A stretch of DNA of 24,735 bases from a virus (IMGVR_UViG_3300049917_000036:1-24735); one strand, 5' to 3'. Shown: positions 16,071 through 22,807, counted from the first letter of the stretch. The notes: generated by a model not told the origin, from the letters alone. A program made the numbers and translations.

Positions 16071-16210
16071 TTGTTCTCTGTGTATGTGTTAATACAAACC
16101 GCGTAACGTTGCGTTGAATCTGTATATTCAACAACCATTGTTTCGTCGCTCATGCAACGAACGATAAATTCATCTTTTGGTTCTGTTGAATTTGGTATTG
16201 GTATTGGCAT
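16067..16210 (-). CDS. Small protein, 47 aa (not in ORF track)
   Basis: MPIPIPNSTEPKDEFIVRCMSDETMVVEYTDSTQRYAVCINTYTENK. A-rich leader; the MPIP...EFI.RCM...EY.D..QR.AVC pattern recurs in phage head modules. Confidence 0.7.
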   Translation of the reverse strand: MPIPIPNSTEPKDEFIVRCMSDETMVVEYTDSTQRYAVCINTYTENK

Positions 16211-16230
16211 TTTTTTATTTTGTTTGTCGT

Positions 16231-16275
16231 TTATTTTCCACTATAACGCTTATTCTGTCTATTATTTTCCACTAT
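16231..16275. repeat. 14-bp direct repeat TTATTTTCCACTAT, two copies
   Basis: Exact copies at 16231-16244 and 16262-16275, 31 bp apart, intergenic. Confidence 0.75.
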
Positions 16276-16520
16276 CACACAATCAATTGTTCAATGTCGA
16301 TTTCATGATGGCTAAGCAATGCGCGAAAGTATTCAAACACTTCTTCGATTCCTTCTTGATACGCGCCTTCTTGCCTGTCGTTGTACTTCGTGAACTTGCG
16401 GTAACCGTTCATGTCTATTTCCCAAAGTAACATCGCCATATCGCGAGCCTTTGTTATTCTGTTGAACTCCACACGATCGTTGGAATCTGAAAGGTCAAAT
16501 GTCAAAGTAGCTTTACTCAT
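16275..16520 (-). CDS. Hypothetical protein, 81 aa
   Basis: MSKATLTFDL...EF...KA.DM...LW pattern common in phages; ATGA overlap with TerS. Confidence 0.65.
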   Translation of the reverse strand: MSKATLTFDLSDSNDRVEFNRITKARDMAMLLWEIDMNGYRKFTKYNDRQEGAYQEGIEEVFEYFRALLSHHEIDIEQLIV

Positions 16521-16786
16521 AACTTGTCGTTTATGATGATTTGTACTGGTGCTTCGCTGTCGCCTGCGTGAACGGTTCGCGCCTGTTTAGGTTTGAAATA
16601 TTCGAGCATTGCAAGGTAGTGATGAAGATAGTCTTCGTCGTCCATTGAATGAAGAACCGACATCGCGCGCTCCGCCCCTTGCGTCACGACGTAGTCACCT
16701 AACTGATTCCACATTTCGGTCTTGTGTGAAACAGCTCCTTTTGGTTTTCCTTTCGGGTTTCCGCTTTGTCCTTTTTCGAATGGCAT
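16517..16786 (-). CDS. terS: Putative terminase small subunit (DUF5681-like N-terminus)
   Basis: MPFEKGQSGNPKGKPKGA start, LEYFKPKQAR, and a C-terminal beta tail GDSEAPVQIII. Confidence 0.6.
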   Translation of the reverse strand: MPFEKGQSGNPKGKPKGAVSHKTEMWNQLGDYVVTQGAERAMSVLHSMDDEDYLHHYLAMLEYFKPKQARTVHAGDSEAPVQIIINDKL

Positions 16787-16826
16787 TTGTTGAAAGTAAT
16801 TGTATCTTACAATGTAAATATAAGAA

Positions 16827-17180
16827 CTACCCTAATTTTCCTTTGTAATGGTTAATAAGTTGTTCCATTCTTGAGTCGTAGTATTTCGAGAATGTTTTGA
16901 AGCCATCGTTGTCTTGTTCGAATAGTCTGAATAGAACACCTCTAAGACGTTGTGAAGGTTTCTTTAACGTATCTTCAAGTTCACTCTTAAGACTTTCTAC
17001 CGCGTCCAGTTCTTCGCGTTTGAAGTCTTCGTCTTTGAAAGCAAGATAACCAAACTGATTTGCTATTGTGAATAGTTCTGACGCTTGAGCAGGTGAAAGT
17101 TCATTTGTTCCAAAGGTTAGTTTGAGCGTCTTGTCCTTTCGCGTACCTACTGATTCGAGTTGAGCTGGAATTATTATCAT
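16827..17180 (-). CDS. Phage hypothetical protein, 117 aa
   Basis: TRKDKTLKLTFGTNEL and KKPSQRLRGVLF; gene-like codon use. Confidence 0.65.
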   Translation of the reverse strand: MIIIPAQLESVGTRKDKTLKLTFGTNELSPAQASELFTIANQFGYLAFKDEDFKREELDAVESLKSELEDTLKKPSQRLRGVLFRLFEQDNDGFKTFSKYYDSRMEQLINHYKGKLG

Positions 17181-17350
17181 TTTTTGTATTTGATTTTATA
17201 GCAAGTTTCACAATGAGGTTTTGAATTTCTTGTTATTGCTATGTTTGATTCGTCAATATAGAAGTAAATATGTTTACCACAGAATAATTGATTACACAAT
17301 GAACAAGTATATTGTTCTTTCTTGTTTACGTCACAACCGCAATGTGTCAT
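17177..17350 (-). CDS. Small zinc-finger protein, 57 aa (not in ORF track)
   Basis: MTHCGCDVNKKEQYTCSLCNQLFCGKHIYFYIDESNIAITRNSKPHCETCYKIKYKK, 7 Cys plus His. ATGA overlap with the downstream ORF. Confidence 0.65.
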   Translation of the reverse strand: MTHCGCDVNKKEQYTCSLCNQLFCGKHIYFYIDESNIAITRNSKPHCETCYKIKYKK

Positions 17351-17389
17351 TTTATGTCATTAAATTTATAAGTATGTCACTAAATGTCA
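17345..17389. repeat. Four helically phased TGTCA pentamers
   Basis: TGTCA starts at 17345, 17355, 17375 and 17385. Confidence 0.65.
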
Positions 17390-17593
17390 AAAGAAAAGAA
17401 AAGAACAAAGAAAACGTGTAAGCACTATAAAGAAAGAACAAAAGAAAAAGTCCCCCAAAAAGATTACTCTCGCCCTTAAAAGGGCAGTTGCACGATCCAA
17501 GCATTGATGTATTGCAAGTGTAGTCATTGGTTACTTCGCTGTGACTTACGAAGGCGATTGTTGTTCTTATCCAGTTGTTTTCATTTTCAATTC

Positions 17594-17648
17594 AAAAAAA
17601 TAACCCCCAATTGTTTTTAGTCGTCAAACCTAAAACAAAAGAGGGTTA
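17594..17648 (-). terminator. Intrinsic terminator / attenuator hairpin
   Basis: Minus strand TAACCCTC-TT-TTGTTTTAG-gtttgacga-CTAAAAACAA-TT-GGGGGTTA followed by TTTTTTT. Confidence 0.6.
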
Positions 17649-17668
17649 GCTTGTGAGGTTTGACAATA

Positions 17669-17682
17669 CAAAGATACATTTG
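17669..17682. promoter_or_regulatory. Back-to-back Bacteroidota -7 elements
   Basis: CAAAGATACATTTG contains TATCTTTG on minus (17676-17669) and TACATTTG on plus (17675-17682), sharing the central TA. Confidence 0.55.
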
Positions 17683-17716
17683 TTGTGTCAAAAGTTGCCT
17701 AACAAGTTTTAAGTTT

Positions 17717-18157
17717 CTAATTGTTCAAATCGACATCGACGTCCTTCATTGATTCTAAAAACGTATTGATGTCTTTCTTAACGCAAGGTGGACACGTTGA
17801 ACGCTCGTTGAACGCTCCTGTAGCCTTGTCCTTGAACGAATAGAACTTAAGCATATCTTTCTGTTCTAAACGTCCTTGTGCCTTCATATCAAGCAAGAAT
17901 CGTTTGAACTCAATCTGTTCTTCCATTGAAAGAACACCGTTCCATTTTGATGCTGGGCAAGATGCAAAGGCTAACTTTGCTTTGATAGGCATAACGCAAC
18001 CGCACAACTTAATTGACTTCTTGCGGAATAGAACTTCGGTTTCTACTTCGTCACCTACAATCAATGATCCGCAGGACTGCGTTGAAGGTTCGAAGAATTT
18101 ACAGGTACGACAAATATCTAACCTGCGTTTGTACTCATTTGATTTTGCGAATAACAT
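17717..18157 (-). CDS. Cys-rich, probably metal-binding protein (DUF6171-like)
   Basis: RRLDICRTC...CG...CGCVMPIKAKL...SCP..KW plus a C-terminal CPPC. Confidence 0.6.
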   Translation of the reverse strand: MLFAKSNEYKRRLDICRTCKFFEPSTQSCGSLIVGDEVETEVLFRKKSIKLCGCVMPIKAKLAFASCPASKWNGVLSMEEQIEFKRFLLDMKAQGRLEQKDMLKFYSFKDKATGAFNERSTCPPCVKKDINTFLESMKDVDVDLNN

Positions 18158-18638
18158 TTGCTCTTATTTTTTGTTTAATAGAATCGATAGTGCGGTAAAG
18201 GAATACCGTTGGTATTCCTGTCTGTTTAGAAAATTCTCGGTAGGTAAAACCTTCGAAGATATATTCCTGAAAGATAAGACGTTCGAACTCGGTTAGTCGA
18301 CTAATCAAGATATCCAGTTGCTCGTTTGTCATGCGTGCGCCCAACCACGTCTTATCGACTTCGTGCGCGTATTCTTTGAAGTCGCGTCGGTTTCTGTTCC
18401 ATGCAATTGTTTGACGATAAAATGGCGACGTTGGACTGTTGACGGCTAAGTACATTACACGAATAAGATAGAACTCAAAGTCGCCTGTATCGATTAGATT
18501 CTCGATGTGTTTACTTCCAAACATAGAGAGCAAAGAATCGTGCAGAAGATCCTCGTAGTAATCTTCGCCTCGCGCGATGTTCTTCGCAAGTTCTTTGAAC
18601 TTTTTATAGTTACCTTCTATGTAATGGTCAAGTGTCAC
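18135..18638 (-). CDS. ECF-like sigma-70 family factor (candidate late transcription regulator)
   Basis: Region 2-like ELAKNIA....YEDLLHD and region 4 HTH RLTEFERLIF..YIFEGFTYREFSKQTGIP...LYRTI...KQKIR. Confidence 0.7.
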   Translation of the reverse strand: MTLDHYIEGNYKKFKELAKNIARGEDYYEDLLHDSLLSMFGSKHIENLIDTGDFEFYLIRVMYLAVNSPTSPFYRQTIAWNRNRRDFKEYAHEVDKTWLGARMTNEQLDILISRLTEFERLIFQEYIFEGFTYREFSKQTGIPTVFLYRTIDSIKQKIRANVIRKIK

Positions 18639-19045
18639 TCATTAAAGTATTCGTCTATTATCTTTATAGCTTCGTCCTTACCTTTACAAATATAGGAACA
18701 ATAGCCTCTGTTTCGTAATTGTTCTTGCCACCGCTTCTGCTCAGGTGACGCAACACCCCCTTTTTCCTTCTTCATTTCAATAGCAAGACCAAAGAACTCT
18801 CCGCGTGGTTCGTAAATGAATAGATCGGGAAAGCCTTTGACGTATCCAGTACGCTTCATTTTTACAGCTTGTAAGTAACTCGTTCTCATTCCACCTGCGG
18901 AAGCGCAATACAACGCGTCAGGATATGCTAATTTTATATAATTGATTACAATTTCTTGTTGGTTTGATTCAGATTCGGGTGTTGCTTTACGCTTCACGAC
19001 ACTTTTTTTGTAAGTTTTTTTATATGTCTTAACGTTCATTTTCAA
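18635..19045 (-). CDS. VRR-NUC domain nuclease (resolvase-like)
   Basis: E...Q, GYVKGFPDLFI, LAIEMK...G..SPEQKRW...L...GY: PD-(D/E)xK VRR-NUC signature. Confidence 0.85.
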   Translation of the reverse strand: MKMNVKTYKKTYKKSVVKRKATPESESNQQEIVINYIKLAYPDALYCASAGGMRTSYLQAVKMKRTGYVKGFPDLFIYEPRGEFFGLAIEMKKEKGGVASPEQKRWQEQLRNRGYCSYICKGKDEAIKIIDEYFNE

Positions 19046-19084
19046 TCAGTTAGAAATTATTTTCAATTTATTTTCATTTTTTTG

Positions 19085-19114
19085 TTGGATATTACAAAAG
19101 TTAGCATACATTTG
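19085..19114 (+). promoter_or_regulatory. Bacteroidota-type early promoter
   Basis: TTG (19085-87)-N19-TACATTTG (19107-14), upstream of the plus-strand gene cluster. Confidence 0.65.
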
Positions 19115-19126
19115 TACTCAACAAAA

Positions 19127-19134
19127 CAAAGATA
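19127..19134 (-). promoter_or_regulatory. -7 element for the leftward nuclease/sigma operon
   Basis: TATCTTTG on the minus strand; -33 element unclear. Confidence 0.5.
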
Positions 19135-19151
19135 AACAAAACAACACAACG

Positions 19152-19331
19152 ATGGAGCAGTTAACACCACAATCAAAATCTTTCATCTCTGAAAAGATTC
19201 AAGAACTTCAATTAGAAAAAGAGAAATGTCAAGATGCGTTAAATCGCATTTCATTTACTTCACTTCAGCAAATGCTACTGATTGAAATAGAACTTATAGA
19301 TGTTCAAATCAATTTACTTAAAACCAAATAA
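19152..19331 (+). CDS. Small coiled-coil early protein, 59 aa (not in ORF track)
   Basis: MEQLTPQSKSFISEKIQELQLEKEKCQDALNRISFTSLQQMLLIEIELIDVQINLLKTK; A/C-rich leader. Confidence 0.65.
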   Translation: MEQLTPQSKSFISEKIQELQLEKEKCQDALNRISFTSLQQMLLIEIELIDVQINLLKTK

Positions 19332-19335
19332 TCAA

Positions 19336-19449
19336 ATGAAAAAACAACTACTCTACATCGCGCTGTTATTTGCAGCAATGTTAATCGCAGGAACGATTGA
19401 CGAACAAACAAGACAATTAGAACAAACACCAAACACAACAAACAAATGA
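19336..19449 (+). CDS. Small membrane or signal-peptide-like protein, 37 aa (not in ORF track)
   Basis: MKKQLLYIALLFAAMLIAGTIDEQTRQLEQTPNTTNK; ATGA overlap with the next ORF. Confidence 0.6.
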   Translation: MKKQLLYIALLFAAMLIAGTIDEQTRQLEQTPNTTNK

Positions 19450-19616
19450 AAGTAGAACTAATTCAAAAAACAACGCTAACCGATATGTACTACAAGATCG
19501 TAGTCAACGGAGAGTTTCACATGTCGTACAACGATTACGACGAAGCGGTACGCGCTTACGACAAAATCAAGTCAGCCATACCACGCGAAGAAGTTATGTT
19601 ATCAAAAGAAATCTAA
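19446..19616 (+). CDS. Small early protein, 56 aa (not in ORF track)
   Basis: MKVELIQKTTLTDMYYKIVVNGEFHMSYNDYDEAVRAYDKIKSAIPREEVMLSKEI. Confidence 0.65.
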   Translation: MKVELIQKTTLTDMYYKIVVNGEFHMSYNDYDEAVRAYDKIKSAIPREEVMLSKEI

Positions 19617-19630
19617 AACCAAAAAATCAA

Positions 19631-19858
19631 ATGAACAATGAAAAAAACCTTTATGTCACTCCGTTATTATTCGAACAAGAGTTCAAAGAAATTCGTGAAG
19701 CTATTATCATCACCCAAAATTATTGGGGTGATAAGAGAAATGGAACATTGGATTGGGATTCGTATTGTGAGTTTCGAATTGATAAACTTGAACGAGTATT
19801 GTACAACCTTGATACAACGCCTTTCAAAGAACTACCAGAACCCCCAAAAGAAATCTAA
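19631..19858 (+). CDS. Hypothetical protein, 75 aa
   Basis: A-rich leader AAAAAATCAA-ATG; protein-like composition. Confidence 0.6.
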   Translation: MNNEKNLYVTPLLFEQEFKEIREAIIITQNYWGDKRNGTLDWDSYCEFRIDKLERVLYNLDTTPFKELPEPPKEI

Positions 19859-19994
19859 CTTTGTTTGTGTTTATTCGTCAGCCAACGCATACAACCTAAC
19901 GCACAACGAAGTTGCAGACAACATTGAGAAATGTCAAAAACTTTCAGAAGCGCGTTGGAACGATGAACTAATTGAATATATTTGTAACCACTAA
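19638..19994 (+). CDS. Overlapping hypothetical ORF, 118 aa; the last about 45 aa look coding
   Basis: The only ORF covering 19859-19994; overlaps the previous ORF in the +1 frame. Confidence 0.35.
   Translation: MKKTFMSLRYYSNKSSKKFVKLLSSPKIIGVIREMEHWIGIRIVSFELINLNEYCTTLIQRLSKNYQNPQKKSNFVCVYSSANAYNLTHNEVADNIEKCQKLSEARWNDELIEYICNH
19955..19984 (+). promoter_or_regulatory. Bacteroidota-type promoter
   Basis: TTG (19955-57)-N19-TATATTTG (19977-84), about 20 nt upstream of ATG 20005. Confidence 0.45.
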
Positions 19995-20004
19995 AATCAA
20001 AACT

Positions 20005-20295
20005 ATGTACTGCCCGAAAATCACTTACTGTTTTAACGACGACGATATACGCACGTTGAACGAAAGAATCAAATCAATTGCAAACAACTACAACGACGAC
20101 GTAACAGGTTGGTTCGAAGTCGACGAAACACAACATCTTGTTTTCATTGACGAACAAGACAATATGTACACCATCAACTTGCGCGGTAGGTTCTTTCGCA
20201 ACGACGATCCTGAATTTGACCTTGACTTTGTGACGTTAGAAAAGGACGGTGTTACATTTAGTTTCGACATCAATATATTTGACGACCATATCTAA
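20005..20295 (+). CDS. Acidic hypothetical protein
   Basis: Probable start ATG 20005 (MYCPKIT) after AAAATCAAAACT; Asp-rich. Confidence 0.6.
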   Translation: MYCPKITYCFNDDDIRTLNERIKSIANNYNDDVTGWFEVDETQHLVFIDEQDNMYTINLRGRFFRNDDPEFDLDFVTLEKDGVTFSFDINIFDDHI

Positions 20296-21087
20296 ATGGG
20301 ATACTTCAAACGAATCAACGAGCAGTCGGACATTCACGACAGCCAGTTGCGACACATCGAAAGCGACCACGAACTCGCTATAAAGTTCGAACAATATCTA
20401 AATTCATTTAATCATCAAATAAACAACAACAACATGAGCATCATTGCCCAACAAACAAACAACGGAGGCGGTCAAACAGTACCCGCAGGAACACACGTAG
20501 CGCGTTGCTACCAAATCATTCACATCGGAACGATAGTGGACACCTATCAAGGTGAAGAAAAGTTAGTTAACAAAGTTCGCTTAGTGTTCGAACTGCCTCT
20601 CGAAACGGCTGACTTCGGCAAAGGCGAACAACCATTCTCAATTGGACGTGACTTTACTTTGTCAATGCACGAAAAGAGTGGGTTACGCGCCTTCGTTCAA
20701 TCGTGGTTAGGAAAAGCAATGTCCGATTCTGACGCGTCTAAATTCGACATTGGTACTTTGCTTGGCAAGGAAGCGATGGTGTCCGTAATGCACCGCACAT
20801 CGAACACAGGACGTAACTACGCAGACTTGAAAGGAGCTTCGCCACTCGCAAAAGGAATGACTTGCCCTCCACAGGTGAACGCAGCGTTTCTTTTAGACTA
20901 CGATAGCCAAGACTTCGACCTACGTTTTAAAATGCTTCCAGAGTGGTTGCAAAACAAAGTTAGTTCTTCTGCTGAGTTTAGTCAGCGACTTGACAAGGCA
21001 GCGGATCAAATGAACAAAGCGAAAGCAATGTTGGAACAAAGCGGTTTAACAAGTTCAACGGACGACACGGACGACATGCCGTTCTAA
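20296..21087 (+). CDS. Single-stranded DNA-binding-like phage replication protein
   Basis: VPAGTHVARCYQIIHIGT, FTLSMHEKSGLR..VQSW.GK, LPEWLQNKV and an SSB-type acidic tail DDTDDMPF. Second probable start at 20434. Confidence 0.7.
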   Translation: MGYFKRINEQSDIHDSQLRHIESDHELAIKFEQYLNSFNHQINNNNMSIIAQQTNNGGGQTVPAGTHVARCYQIIHIGTIVDTYQGEEKLVNKVRLVFELPLETADFGKGEQPFSIGRDFTLSMHEKSGLRAFVQSWLGKAMSDSDASKFDIGTLLGKEAMVSVMHRTSNTGRNYADLKGASPLAKGMTCPPQVNAAFLLDYDSQDFDLRFKMLPEWLQNKVSSSAEFSQRLDKAADQMNKAKAMLEQSGLTSSTDDTDDMPF

Positions 21088-21095
21088 ATTAATAT

Positions 21096-21126
21096 GAGAG
21101 GGTTGAAATATACCCTCTCTAATTTC
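21096..21126 (+). terminator. Hairpin after the SSB-like gene
   Basis: GAGAGGGT-tgaaatat-ACCCTCTC, perfect 8-bp stem with a weak U-tail. Confidence 0.5.
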
Positions 21127-21149
21127 AAAAACCACATAATCAAAACACA

Positions 21150-21443
21150 ATGAAAAAATTAGTAACACTTGAAAACCGCGTTGAGAAACTACTGAAGAAG
21201 TACAAATTTCTCCGCAACAATAACAAAGCACTTTGCGTGAAAGTGTGGGAACAACAGTTCGACGAACGCAAAGACATTACAAGTAACTTCTTTGCTATGT
21301 ACGAAAGCGGTAAGTACGTCAGCGCGGACAACATTACACGCATAGCACGTTTGGTTAAGCAACACAACGTTGAGTTGAGAGGAACGAACCACGACGAAAA
21401 CAAGAAGAAAGAGCAGTTGATTAAACCACTATTGAAGAAATGA
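21150..21443 (+). CDS. Hypothetical protein, 97 aa
   Basis: V..LL.KY..LR.N...L...VW and SADNITR.AR..KQ....LRG pattern; basic. Confidence 0.65.
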   Translation: MKKLVTLENRVEKLLKKYKFLRNNNKALCVKVWEQQFDERKDITSNFFAMYESGKYVSADNITRIARLVKQHNVELRGTNHDENKKKEQLIKPLLKK

Positions 21444-21679
21444 ATAAAGCAATATACAAAACTCCGTTCGGTCGCCTTGTCAAGATTAACTTCAAGACAA
21501 TGGCTAACTTCAAGAACGTTCTCCGCATCAGTGATCCAACGGCACGACTTTACGTCACACACCCTGAGCGAATGAGAATCAAAGACTTCAACAACATCTG
21601 TTTGCACACAGGACTGTCACGCGAAGAAGTATTCAGCACCTTTACACCCACAATTTTAATAAACGAAGAAAATGACTAA
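21440..21679 (+). CDS. Putative HTH DNA-binding protein
   Basis: 79 aa with an Xre-like helical pattern (TMANFKNVLRISDPTARLYVTHPERM); ATGA overlap. Confidence 0.5.
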   Translation: MNKAIYKTPFGRLVKINFKTMANFKNVLRISDPTARLYVTHPERMRIKDFNNICLHTGLSREEVFSTFTPTILINEEND

Positions 21680-22202
21680 CGAGCAAATCAGACAGGAACT
21701 GATAGACATCATTCCTTTTAGACACATGGAACGCTTCGAAACATTGTGGTTGATGTTGACACCACGTTACGAAAGATTAACCACGCAACAAATAAAGATT
21801 CAACAGGAACTGGAGAACGAAAGAGAAATGTTTTGGTCAACGCTTGAAGATGTAACGTGCAGCGTGTTGGGTGTTAGTTCGCAATTGCTTTACACACCAA
21901 CAAGACGACGTGAGATAGTTACCGCCAGACAAGTGATTTTCTTTTTAATTCGTCCATGTTACCTTCAAAGCTACGATTTAATTGGTAAGCATTACGGAAA
22001 AGACCACGCTACGGTTATGCACGGAATTAAGCAGGTTAGTTGGCAGATAGAGTGCGATAAGAACTACGCAGCGGACGTCGAAAGAATATGTTATTTATTA
22101 AATGACATAGGTTATGCTAAACCAATGAAATTTTATACTAAGTTTGTCGAGCATTTAGAACATCAAAAAGAAATCAAACTTAAAAAACAACTAAAAAAAT
22201 GA
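21672..22202 (+). CDS. DnaA domain IV (C-terminal HTH)-like protein
   Basis: TRRREIVTARQVIFFL...SYDLIGKHYGKDHATVMHGIKQV matches the DnaA C-terminal signature; no AAA+ domain. Confidence 0.8.
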   Translation: MTNEQIRQELIDIIPFRHMERFETLWLMLTPRYERLTTQQIKIQQELENEREMFWSTLEDVTCSVLGVSSQLLYTPTRRREIVTARQVIFFLIRPCYLQSYDLIGKHYGKDHATVMHGIKQVSWQIECDKNYAADVERICYLLNDIGYAKPMKFYTKFVEHLEHQKEIKLKKQLKK

Positions 22203-22402
22203 AATCAGAACTTATCTTTTGTCCGAACTGCGAAAGCAAAGAACTCGGAGAACGCGTAGACGAAGTATTGCGCGACCAACAACTTGCCGATTGGGACACC
22301 GCATACGAACACGTCGACGACGACGGAGAAATTAAAGTGTGCTTCGATTGTCAGGAATGGGACGACGCAGACGACGACGCGAAAGGTGAAGGGTGGGACT
22401 AA
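22199..22402 (+). CDS. Small acidic zinc-ribbon protein
   Basis: CPNC...CFDC and a very acidic C-terminus. Confidence 0.6.
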   Translation: MKSELIFCPNCESKELGERVDEVLRDQQLADWDTAYEHVDDDGEIKVCFDCQEWDDADDDAKGEGWD

Positions 22403-22414
22403 ATAAAAAATAAA

Positions 22415-22807
22415 ATGATGCTAATACTACAACTAAAAAAGAGAATCGAGATACTCGAAGCGCAGGTTCAACAACTGTTGACAGCGCAAACCGCACCAAC
22501 GCTAATCGTAAAAGAAAAGAAGTCGCCATTCGTCAAACCAACTGTTGTCGAAATCTACGACTATGCCTGCGAGAAATTAAGCAACGACGACGCATTGAAA
22601 TTCACAGAGAAATTTCACGCTCACTACGAAGCGAACGGTTGGAAGGTTGGACGCAATCAAATGAAAGACTGGAAGGCTGCCGTTCGTAAATGGGATTTAA
22701 CTACATTCGTAACTACAAACCAAACAACAAAAATCAAAAATGGAAAATTCGACTCCGATGCTGCGCAGCGCATCTACAACGACGCTCAGCATTACACAAA
22801 GGGTTGA
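22415..22807 (+). CDS. Phage replication protein (initiator C-terminal-like domain)
   Basis: FVKPTVVEI..Y...EKF.AHYEANGWKVGRNQMKDWKAAVRKW, preceded only by a short coiled coil. Confidence 0.65.
   Translation: MMLILQLKKRIEILEAQVQQLLTAQTAPTLIVKEKKSPFVKPTVVEIYDYACEKLSNDDALKFTEKFHAHYEANGWKVGRNQMKDWKAAVRKWDLTTFVTTNQTTKIKNGKFDSDAAQRIYNDAQHYTKG

Noticed and set aside
15828-16430. Track ORFs 15828-16055 (+), 15907-16134 (-) and 16152-16430 (+)
   Set aside because: The region is better explained by two shorter, translationally coupled minus-strand ORFs (15915-16070, 16067-16210) and 16275-16520.
17221-17421. 66-aa plus-strand ORF
   Set aside because: It has a TTG start, is antisense to a convincing zinc-finger ORF and ends in a low-complexity purine tract.
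17352-17591. Open minus-strand frame with a Phe/Leu-rich pseudo-transmembrane segment
   Set aside because: There is no good start at its 5' end, and the hydrophobicity comes simply from the T-rich tract.
2246-21119. Shared GAGG(G)/(C)CCTC stems in four intergenic hairpins
   Set aside because: The shared part is short and G/C stems are expected in terminators, so there is not enough to claim a common binding motif.
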